This document shows, in pieces, positions 1 through 10,802 of a stretch of DNA of 64,000 nt. How positions within the stretch are numbered: the stretch's first letter is position 1; each line of letters begins with the position of its first letter. The DNA is taken from the NCBI GenBank assembly GCA_013239625.1, contig MU054187.1, forward strand, positions 23,498,795-23,562,794, given 5' to 3'. Under the pieces are notes generated by a model that saw only the letters and a list, made by a program, of their open reading frames with translations, was not told where the DNA came from and made no database searches. Origin of the DNA: Lama guanicoe (taxonomy: Eukaryota). A program made the translations under genes and the position numbers.

Positions 1-330
1 AAAATAGAGCTGAAGAATATAATAACTGAAATAAAAAAATAGACTTGAAGGAAACGATAGTAGACAGATGATACAAAAGAATGAATCAGCAAGCTAGAAG
101 ACAGAGTAGTGGAAGTCACTGCAGCTAAACAGAAAAAAATAAAAATGATTTTAAAAAGTGAAGCTAGGTTGAGAGACCTCTGAGACAACATCAAGCATAC
201 TGACATTTGTATTAAACGGGTCCCAGGACAAGAGAGATAAAGGATCAGAGAAATTCACTGTAGAAATAATAGCTGAAAACATCCCTAATCTGGGAAAGGA
301 AACAGACATCCAGGCCCAGGATAGAAAATC

Positions 331-331
<1 letters not shown>

Positions 332-375
<44 letters not shown>
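332..375 (+). repeat. Poly(A) tract, 44 nt
   Basis: Uninterrupted A run, seen directly. Confidence 0.95.
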
Positions 376-377
<2 letters not shown>

Positions 378-429
378 AAAACAGCAAAAAAAAAAAAGAT
401 AAGTAAAGAATGATAGGAAAAGCAACTAG

Positions 430-650
430 AGTTGAACCTTGAACAACATGGGATTGAACTGCAAGGGTCAAGACAAACATGGATTTTTTTTCAATAGTAA
501 ATGCTACAGTACTACACAAACCCCAGACAGTAGAATTGGCCGATGCAGATGCATGGATATTGAAGAACTGTGGTTTCAGAAGAACTGTGGATGTGAACAG
601 CCGACTATAAGGTACACACAGAGTTTTGACTGCACAAAAGGTTGGTAACC
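430..650. mobile_element. Tigger2-family (TcMar) MITE inserted in the L1 ORF1
   Basis: GTTGAACCTTGAACAACATGGGATTGAACTGC...GGATTTTTTTTCAATAGTAAATGCTACAGTACTACAC resembles the Tigger2/MER8-type terminus. L1 ORF1 homology resumes on both sides. Confidence 0.7.
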
Positions 651-2284
651 ATAGCTATGTACAAGAAAAGTACCATAAAACTACCAGAAACTGCAGCCAA
701 AAGAAAGAGTGGTATCAAAGGTTCAAAATATTGAAAGGCAGAGGCCAACAAACAAGAGCACTCTACCAGGTAGGGCTGCAACTCAGATTGGAAGCGGAGA
801 TCAAGGGTTTTACACACAGGCATAAATCACAGCAATGTATTTTTTTGAACCAGCTCCTGGAGTAATGGAAATAAAAGCAAAAGTAAACAAATGGGATCTA
901 ATTAAACTTAAAAGCTTTTGCACCGCTAAGGATACCATCAGTAAAATGAAAAGACAACCTACAGAATGGAAGAAACTATTTGCAAATGAGGTGACTGAGA
1001 AGGGACTAATATCCAAAATATACAAACAGCTCGTACATCTTAATATCAAAATAAACAAGCAACCCAATTAAAAAATGTGCAGAAGACCTAAATAGACATC
1101 TCTCCAAGGAAGACAGACAGACGGCGAACAAGTACATGAAAATGTGCTCAACATCACTAATTGTTCGAGAAATGCCAATCAAAACTACCATGAGATATCA
1201 TCTCACACCAGTCAGAATGGCTATCATTAAAAAGTCTACAAATGATAAAAGCTGGAGAGGGTGTGGGAAAAAGAGAACCCTCCTTCACTGTTGGTGGGAA
1301 TGTAAATTAATGCGGCCACTATGGAGGACAGTATGGAGGTTCCTTAAAAAATTAAAAATAGACTTACCATATGATCCAGCAATCCCACTCTTGGGCATAT
1401 ATCCGGAGAAAAAATATAATTCAAAAGATACATGTACCCCAATGTTCATAGCATCACTATTTACAATAATAGCCAAGAAGTGGAAACAACCCAAATGGCC
1501 ATCAAAAGTTGAGTGGATAAAAAAGATGTGGTATTTATATACAATGGAATACTACTCAGCCATTAAAAAGAATGAAACCTTCTTCTTTGTGACATGGGTG
1601 GACCTCGAGGGTATTATAATAAGTGAAATATGTCTTACAAAGAAAGAAAATACCATATGATTTTGCTTATATATGGAATCTAAGAAACAAAACAAATGAA
1701 CATTACATAACAAAATAGAAACAGAGTCATAGATACAGAGAACAAACAGGTGGTTGCCAGAAGGAGGGGTGTGGGAGGGCAAATGAAGTAGGTAAGGAAG
1801 ATCAAGTGGTACAGACTTCCAGTTGCAAAGTAAATGAATCACGGGAATGAAATGTACAGCATGGGAATATAGTCAATAATTCTGCAATATCTTTGTATAG
1901 TGACAGCTTGTAACAAACTTATAGAAGGGATTGCATTGTACTGCACAGAAATATCAAATCACTATGTTATGCATCTGACAGAGTGTTGCACATCAATTAT
2001 ACTTCATTTAAAAAAGGAAAAGGAAGACTGTATGTTTTACTTTTGAGGACTTTGAAAACACTAGCGAGCACAGATCCAACACACACATGTACATACACAT
2101 AAACACAGACACACACAAACTTAAGTGCAAGCAAAGATAAGAGGCTTCAAGGACATAGTTGGTCACTGAGGATTTGGTGCAGTTATAATACAAATGCCAG
2201 AGAATCAGTAAGGCAGAGATGAAAGAGTTTGGCTAAATTAATTAAAAACAGATGCATAAGGGACATTGGGCATCAGGTATTACA

Positions 2285-2460
2285 AAGTGTCAATGTAGGG
2301 TTATCAGCTGCCAACAAATATACCACCCTGTTGGGGGTTGTTGATAACGAGAAAGGTCATGCATGTGTGGGAGCAGGATACAGCGGAATAATGCTCTGTG
2401 CCTTACCCTCAATTTTGCTGTAAGCATAAAACTTCTCTAAAGAAATAAAGTTTTAATCAT
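2285..2460 (+). mobile_element. Old L1 (L1MC-like) 3' end fragment
   Basis: AACAAATATACCACCCTGTTGGGGGTTGTTGATAA...CTCAATTTTGCTGTAAGCATAAAACTTCTCTAAAGAAATAAAGT resembles the L1MC 3' terminus. Confidence 0.7.
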
Positions 2461-3299
2461 TTTGCTTTAATAAAAAGGTAAAAAAATAAGTAATACATAC
2501 ATAAATTGCTGTGTGGGTGTATATACTTAGTGTTTTAATTTCCTAGCAGGTTCATTTATCACCAGACATATGAGGTAAGATCGAAGACACTGAAAATGAT
2601 CATATTTACTGAGTTCAGTAGAGCAATCGTACCTCGACCTCTGAATTTTGAGCACATGTCTTTGCATGAAAATTTCAGTGTGAGGGGAGAAATTACGGAG
2701 GCAAAATCTGCCTTCCTAGTGGTAGATCTAGTTTTTTACCCCTGCACATTTCACATCACGGTGTTTTAAATATTTGAGGTCATCTGCCATAACCCTTTTA
2801 GAGCTCTATTGTAAAGTCAGCTTTTCTGACTTTTCCTAAGATGATTTTTGATGTACTGAATCAGGGAAATGTCTTATGATTTTAGTTTAAATTTTTACTA
2901 TTTGAAAAGAAAAAATAACTTTTTAAAGTTAAATCACAATGTGATCTATATTGATCCTCAGTGAGTAAGTTGCCAAGTATTGTTTCTATATATGGTAAGT
3001 GCTACTCAAAGTTTATATTTAAACTATAGGAACAGAAAGACTAGGACTTGGGACACAGGAAGGCCCCACCCCCTCCGTCCTGAAAGTGAGAACTATAAGG
3101 AAATCTACAAATTAGTTTGTTAAATCATTACAAACTGTGTGCTGATTCAAGGAGACATTACTAAAAGGTGATACGCTACAAGCTATTTACTTTCTTAAGA
3201 TTAGTTTTGACTGAAGAATGTGGAGCTCTCACTGAGCTTAAGAAATTTGGGAAATTTGTCAAACTCCTGGAGTTAGCCAAACTGCGAAATTAAGAGCAT

Positions 3300-3920
3300 A
3301 AATCATCCAGATTGCCAAGTCTGCCCAAGGCTTCTCACCCAAACTGCAAGGATAGAGGGTCCAACGACAAAGTTAGAGGGAAGAGTCCACACAAGGCCAC
3401 GCTCCCTTCCAACACCAACCATAAGTGCAGGGGGCCCCCTCAACCACTCTCAGATTCAAAGGACTCAAAGTATTCCACTGAAGACCATCGTACTTAATGA
3501 TTATGGTTTACTACTGGAAACGAATACAGACCAAAAATGAGCCAAAGGAATACATTCAGAGAAGAAGGTTCCACTGTCCTCAGAATATACTCCCATCCTG
3601 GTAGCAAAGTATGACAGTCCCCATGGGGTACCTGCCAAGCAGGGAAGCACACCTGAGCTTCAGTGTTCAGTTTTTATTACAGCTTCATTCGGAAGGTATG
3701 CTTGTTTGCTTGTTTTCTTGTTTGCTTGCTTGATTGCCCACAGGACTGGACTCCGTATCTCGGTCAGTTGATGCTACATAACCCAAAGCCCCTACCCTAA
3801 ATCATATGCTTTGTTTTTCTCTTGTATCCAGTCCCCATCCTAATCACGACATGGATTACTTCCACAAAGCCAAGGGCAAAGGCCAGACCTCCTTTTGACC
3901 TAGGCAAACACAGTCACTAT
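3300..3920 (-). mobile_element. MER21-like solo LTR
   Basis: Motifs CCACACAAGGCCACGCTCCCTTCCAACACCAA, ATGGTTTACTACTGGAAACGAATACAGA, GGGAAGCACACCTGAGCTTCAGTGT and CAAGGGCAAAGGCCAGACCT resemble the recalled MER21 consensus. Confidence 0.65.
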
Positions 3921-5607
3921 TTAAGGACCAAGTATGTGATTGCAGATTAAAAAAATAATAATAACAAACTGAACACCTAGCTGGAAACACTTAACACTCA
4001 TTGACTTTTAATAATAGGAATGCAAAGTAAAGAACAACTTTAGTGCTGCTCAGTATTAACATGGCTGAGTTCTAGTCTGATGCATTTCAAAGCAAATCCA
4101 AGGACAGTGCTACGAAAATTAATTAATCAATATACACAGGTACACCAAAATACATAAACGAGTATATAAATTGCTAAAGAAGATTATAGCTAAACTTTTG
4201 AAGAATTTTAGATGTTGATGTAATTATATGACCATTATTTTGCTCTTATTCTATGAAACCTAACGTGGATTAAATCAATATTAAATATGTAGATTCTTTA
4301 TAATGAATTATTAACTTAATCTCTACAGCAAAATAATTTTTCTTATAATCTGTTTTCATAGAAATGTTAAAATAAGGGATTTATCCATAATAAGCTATTT
4401 TTACAAAATCTATCTTGTGGAATGGTTCACAGTGTCCAATCTCTACATACATATCCTACAGAGAATATAAGAACCAATTTATTCACTATGGGGAAACAGA
4501 ATTCTTTAAAGGAAAGCCAAAGAGGGTATGGAAAATGGGCAGTATTTAACTAAAACTTTATTTCCCAATCTCGATTCAAATTTGTCATATTTTTCAGGTT
4601 TCATGTTTCTTCTGATGTCTATTATTTGGCAACTGTACTCTGTAGAGAATTCTAGTCTTTAAGACACCTGAAGCTTCCAGTATAACATAGACTGACAATA
4701 AAATTTAATACTGTGGAACTGACGTATTGGTATCATACATTAAGGAGAAAAATCCACCCTCAATTTTGTGCCAGCAATGGCAATGTCTCACATTAGCGCA
4801 GCTCTTTTAAACATTCAGAAGCATTTCTTACATCTAATCTCACTGTGAGACACGTTTTTCAGCCACTGTTACTTTCTTTATTTCACATGTATGAAATGTG
4901 TTGTCCAAAAATGGAAATTCTCATCACGTCTATAATAGCCTGGCACTAAAACCCATGTCTTATGACATTTAGTCCAAATTTCTTTCCAGCAGAATATGTT
5001 GTTTTTCTTACCGAAAGCAGGACATAGTTCTTTTTCAGTTGAAGTATCTCTTCCTTAGAAAAGACTTCCCTGATATCAGTGATCAGGCTTTAAAAACTGA
5101 AACAAAACAACTATGTCTATGTTTTTGTTGCACCATATGCCTTCTTTTCTTTGCACTTACTACAGGTATAATTTTACTTGTCTTCTTCTGATTTGGTGAT
5201 TAATGTTTATTTCCACCCAGAATTGTGGGTTCTTTAAAGGCAGTGGCACTGAGATACCTACAAAGATTCTCAACTTATGGAAGAAGAAACTTAGGCTTAA
5301 TTCTGGAATCCTGGTCATACGGGTGTGCAAAGCCTGGCTTTTCCACTTTTTACCGTAACCAAGTATAAATATAACAGGGATTCAACACAGATCCAGCAAT
5401 TAAGTTATTTAATTAAAATATTACTCTATATCAGTAACCATCTTCCCTAATTTTCCTACATAAACTATTTCCCATATTTATTTATGTAAGGAAACAAAAT
5501 CTCCTATATACATCTAACAGGGGTGTAGGGGAATTTTCCTTACATATATATTTAGTGAACTGTATGATTTTTTTCAACAGTCTTCAGAATTCTAATCATG
5601 CAAGTTA

Positions 5608-5680
5608 TTTTTTATTGAAGTGTGGTTGATTTACTATGTTGCATTAGTTTCAAGTGCATAGCAAAGTGATTCAGTCATGT
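5608..5680 (-). mobile_element. Very short L1 3' terminal fragment
   Basis: TTTTTATTGAAGTGTGGTTGATTTAC...CAAAGTGATTCAGT is a typical laurasiatherian L1 3' end. Confidence 0.6.
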
Positions 5681-7644
5681 AACATTTTTGATCCTCTCCT
5701 GGCCTTTTGTTTATGTGAACAATAGGGAAAAACTAGGCTGATATACACGACAAGGATACTTTAACAAACATGAAGAATTTCAGCAATCACCAAGCTGCAG
5801 CATTTCTCCTGATGATGATGGTAGCTGCAAATGCAGTGGACAACCTGGAACGTGCTGCCTGTGCTCCAAGGGACTTCAGGATTACGAACGTGGAGGTTTC
5901 TGTGTCAGTGGCACACAGACAGCAGGCTCTCACATCAGCTCCTTGGAGCTTCAGTTCAAGGATATAAACAGTCTTTGCTTCATGTTCTGACCAGTAGCTG
6001 CTACAAATAACTGTGCTTTACAAGTGAAGAAGCGGTGCAGACCAGTGAATGCAGAGACATGGCGACCGCTCTAGGTGAGATGCAAAAACAGTGGTTTCAC
6101 CATAGACACACTCAGTGCTCGATGAAAATGCTTCTTGTCCTTCGATAGGACGTATTAAGAACATGATGCACTTTTCTTTTGAATAAAATTTCAGTAAATA
6201 ATATTTATAACAGAGAGAGAGAAGTATCATAAATTCTTTATCCAGAAGTCTCAATGTTCTGGTACTTGAAAGACTTGGGACTTCTCATCCATTTCCAAGT
6301 AGGAATCTTCCCGTTGCCTGGCCCTATCTGATTCTCTTCAGAGTGTCAGCTCCTTATGACAGTCAAAGGCAAACCCTATTTTTATTTTTTATTTATTTAT
6401 TTATTTTGAGTGACCAGCCACCTATTTCTAGTGTTGCAGTTCTTAGAGCTGCTCATTTGTCCTGGTCATCAAACCCCTGTTTTGTTAGTTCTCTTCAACT
6501 TCCCCCCCTTATAGGCATGGGGCTCTGTCTTTCTCCCACCGGATCTTCTAGGAACCAACACAGGGTCAACATTGCTCGTCAGGTCTTTTCCCTGCATTCT
6601 TTTCCTGCCTCGCCTCTCTTAGTCAATTCTGTTGGGCAGTTAACCTGGCCTGCGGAACAAGGCCTCAAGTTCCCGACATGGCGTATGAGATCCTTGTGGA
6701 AGGAGTCTCACTTGTGTCTCTTCTGTCTCATTTCTCGATGTCCCTGCCTTGCCCTTGTGCTCCCGCTGTACTTTGTGCGTTAGCCGATTACAGCACATCG
6801 CAATGCACTGTGATCATCCAGTGACTGACATTTCCTTGCTAGACTATTATCTTCCTGAGGGGAAGAACAGAGAGTGACTCGGACGTCACTTCATTTCCAA
6901 TGCCCAGCCGTTATTTGGTAGCCATTGAAAACCTTATTAAATTAAATGATAAAAAAAAAGAATGAATGAAAGACAACAGTAGTTAGATTCTCAAGGGCAA
7001 AGAATGTGGTCACAGACTCCCATGCAACCTCTTTAAGGTCAACCACAGCGCTCTGAACAACAGTAAATGTATTAGTGGTAATAATAACAACTACACGTTC
7101 AACAACTATTGCAACGTTAAAACCAGTTGCTGAAATTACCCGCGCATTTCCAATGCACCAGTCCCTGTGCTAAGTGCCTTAAACACAGCTTATAATTCAA
7201 TTTGTCAGTGTCTGTTGAACTGACAAACTTTGCTATATGACAGCTCTCACATTGCATAAATTAACGACACTCTCTGGATTAATTGCCAAATATCTTGTCA
7301 CTTTGCACGATTTTAAAGCATTTCTATAGTAAACTGAATAAATTCTCACCATGGTGAACACAAAGTGGCAAAACTGTAAACAAAATATTTAGTAAGCTTG
7401 ATTCACTAGAGACTATTCTTACTCCAGATTAATGCATAGTGGGCAAGATTTTCATCTAATTATACACCTTTGCTAGCCAGGTTAAATCACATTATTAAAA
7501 TGTGTCACTGTAATTTTGAACATGGGCATTTTCAGTCCCAGTCTAAGGAAAATTCCAATGACTATTTAATTTTTATTTTTTTAAATTTAAATAAAACATA
7601 CAAGGTTTCTAGATATTCTTTCCTAAGTACCCACTTAAACCAAT

Positions 7645-10600
7645 TTTTAAAAAATTTTAACTCCCTGATAACACTGTTAGCTCCAAGTACAACACAGTGA
7701 TTCACTATTTCTATACATTACACAGTGATCTCCATAATAGGTCTAGTTACCACCTGTCACCATATAAATATATTACTATGTTATTGACTATATTCCCCGT
7801 GCATTTCATCATTTGTGGCTAGAGGTTGGCACCTTTTAACCTCCCTTACCTATTTCACTCGTCCTCCCAACTTCAGCCCATGTGGCAACAGCCTGTCTGC
7901 TCTCTGTACCGACGACTGTTTATGTTTTGTTATTTGTTTTGTTTTTAGGTTTCATGTAAAAGTGAAGCATATGGTATTTGTCTTTCTCTGTCTGACTTAT
8001 TTCACTTAGCAGATTAACCACTAGGTCCACCCATGATCCCAAATGGCAAGACTTCATTCTTTTTAATGGCTGAGTAACATTATGTCATCTATTATATATG
8101 TATGTACACACACATATAAATATATATCACACCTTCTTTATCCATTCATACGTTGATAAGAACTTAGGTTGCTTCCATTTCTTGGCTATTGTTAATGATG
8201 CTGCAATGAACATAGAGGTGCATTTATCATTTTAAATTAGTGTTTTTGTTTTCTTCAGATAAATACAGAAGAGTGGAATTGTTGGATCATACGGTAGTTC
8301 TATTTTTCATTTTTTAAAGAACCTCAAACTATTTCCCATAGTAGCTGCACCAATTGACATTCCTACCAACACTGTGTGAGGATTCTCTTTTCCTCTCATC
8401 CTCATCAACACTTATTTGTTGTTTTTTTGATAACTGACCATTCTCATAGGTGTGAGTTGATGCCTCACTGAAATTTTGATTTGCATTTCTCTGATGAGTA
8501 ATGATATTGAGCATCTTTTCATGTGTCTGTTAGTCACCTGCCTTTCTTCTTTGGAAAAATGTGTATTCAGTTCCTCTGCCCATTTTTAATCAGGTTGTTT
8601 GTTTTCTGATGTTGAGTTGTATGAGTTCACTGATTTTTGGATAATAACCATTTATCAGATATAACATTTGCAAGTATCTTCTCCCATTCAGTAGGCTGCC
8701 TTTTCTTTTTGTTTATAGTTTCCCTTGCTGTGCAAAAGCTTTTTATTTTGATGTAGTCCTAATCATTCATTTGTGCTTTTGTTGCCCTTGTGTGAGGACA
8801 TATACCAAAAAATAAAATAAAATAAAATATTGCTAAGACCAATGCCAAAGAACACACTGCTTATGCTTCCCTCTAGGAGTGTTATAGTTTCAGGTCTTAC
8901 CTTTAAGTCTTTAATCCATTTTGAGTTTATTTTTGTATACAATGAGAAAGCAGTCCAGTTTGATTCTTTTGCATACAGTTGTCCAGTCTTCCCAACACCA
9001 TTTATTGAAGAGCTGTTTTTCTCATTGTGTATTCTTATATTTTTGATCATAGGTTAATTGATCATGTAAGTGTGGGCTCGTTTCTGGATTTCTATTCTGT
9101 TCCATTGAGCTATGTGTCTGTTTTTTGTGCCAGTACCATGCTGTTTTGATTACTGTAGCTTTGTAGTACAGTTTGAAATCAGGTAACATACTTCCAGCTT
9201 TGTTTTGTTTTGTTTTGTTTTAAAAGACTGTTTTGGCTATTCAAGACCTTTCGTGATTCTGTACAAATTTTAGAATTATTTATTCAAGTTCTGTGAAAAA
9301 TGTCATTGGTATTTTGATCGAGGTTTTGTTAAATATGTAGATTGCCTTGGATAATAAGGTCATTTTACATTACATGAGCAGAGTATATCTTTCCATTTGT
9401 TTCTGTTGAAGTCAATTTCTTTCAACAACGTCTTATACTTTTCTGAGGTAGTCCTTGGTTAGATTTATTCTGTGTATGTTATTCTTTTTGATGCAATTGT
9501 AAAGGTAAATTGTTTTCTTAAATTCTCTTCCTAATAGTTTGTTGTTAGTGTATAGAAGTGCAGTGGATTTGCATATATTAATTTTCTTCCTGCAACTTTG
9601 CTGAATTCACTTCTGAGTTCTAATAGTTGTGGGTGGCTTCTTTAGAAATATATGTATATATTCCTCTGTCATCTCATTTTGCTTAATTCTCTGCTTTTAT
9701 TTCTGTCTACTAGGTAGTTTGCTAACATTTTCTGATCTTGGCAAAGTGGCCGTCTGTGGGAGATGTCCTCTGTGGCTCAACAGCACACTCCTCCCTGGTC
9801 ACCAGAGCTATGTGTTCCAGGGATGCCCCTTGTGTGGGCTGCATGGGCCTCCCTGTTGTGGTGGGACAACTGCTGTGGCACATTAGGAGGTGGAGCTACC
9901 TCTCAGCTCAGTTGGCTGCTGGGCTCTGCTTCATATAGAAGCTGTCAGCCCCCGGGGGGTAGGGCTGGGCTCCAATTCAGCTGGTTGCCTAGTCTGGGGA
10001 GCCTTGAGGCTGGTGCCCGCCCACCGGTACGTCACTTTGGGTCCTGGTGTGACTGTCAGTGGGGCCCCGGAGCTAGCAAGCTGGTCGGCGGGGCTGTCCT
10101 GGGCTCACTAGTGTAGGCACTTGCTCAGCCCAGGGGATCCTAGGACTGGTGCCAACTGACGTGGGCATGGGTGAGCCCCTCAATGCTTATAGGTTAGAGG
10201 GAGGATTCCTAAATTGCTCGTCAGCACCAGAGGTACAAAGGGCTCTCCAAATGGGTGTAGCCGGCGTCTATGTCCCCAGAGGATGTCTTGGTTTTCTCCT
10301 GCCCCTATGGGACACTCTCCAAGATCAGCACGTGAGTCCAGCCCAGGCCCTTGTCAACATATTGCCTCTGCACTGGGTGCCAGTGCGTGTGAGGTTTTGT
10401 GGGTGACTTTTAAGAGCAAGGTCTCTGTTTCCTCCAGCTGTCTACCTCTCTCCTACACAAGCCACGCTGACTTTTAAAATCAGATATTCTGGGTGCTTGT
10501 CTTTTAAGGACCCACAGGCTGGGAAGCCCAGTGTGGGGCTGAGACACTTTGTTCCATCATGTGATCGTCCTCCCGTTTGGAGGTCGCCTAACTGGAGGTG

Positions 10601-10802
10601 TAGGTCTTAGTCTTGACTCTAGCGTGTCTCCAACCATTCTACTCATCTTGTGATTTCTTTCTTATTTCTTCAGTTGTTGAAAATCTTTTCTTCATGTTGT
10701 TCTCATTGATAGCTGCTCTGCAAACAGTTGTAATTTTGGTGTGCTCATGGGAGAAAGCGAGCTCAGAGCCCTCACACTCCACCATCCTAGCCACATCTCC
10801 CC
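7645..10802 (-). mobile_element. LINE-1 with GC-rich 5' UTR (about 9680-10802), large internal deletion, 3' part of ORF2 and 3' UTR
   Basis: Minus-strand 5' end GGGAGATGTGGCTAGGATGGTGGAGTGTGAGGGCTCTGAGCTC. ORF1-like start AAAATGAGATGACAGAGGAATAT (ATG at 9677-9675). ORF2 remnants such as [19 protein letters not shown] (ORF 8763-9050). L1 3' UTR at about 7650-8000. Confidence 0.88.

Larger units (their letters stand above)
1..2015 (+). mobile_element. Degenerate LINE-1: ORF1 fragment fused to the ORF2 C-terminus and 3' UTR (internally deleted)
   Basis: 1-430 and 660-815 resemble ORF1 (e.g. KEWYQRFKILKG...LRLEAEIKGF). ORFs 835-1071 ([17 protein letters not shown]) and 1136-1660 ([15 protein letters not shown]...HCWWECKL) are the ORF2 C-terminus. 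The 3' UTR ends near 2010 with a short A tail. Confidence 0.93.

Noticed and set aside
835..1660. ORFs of 78 and 174 aa as host genes
   Set aside because: They are frameshifted L1 ORF2 C-terminal remnants.
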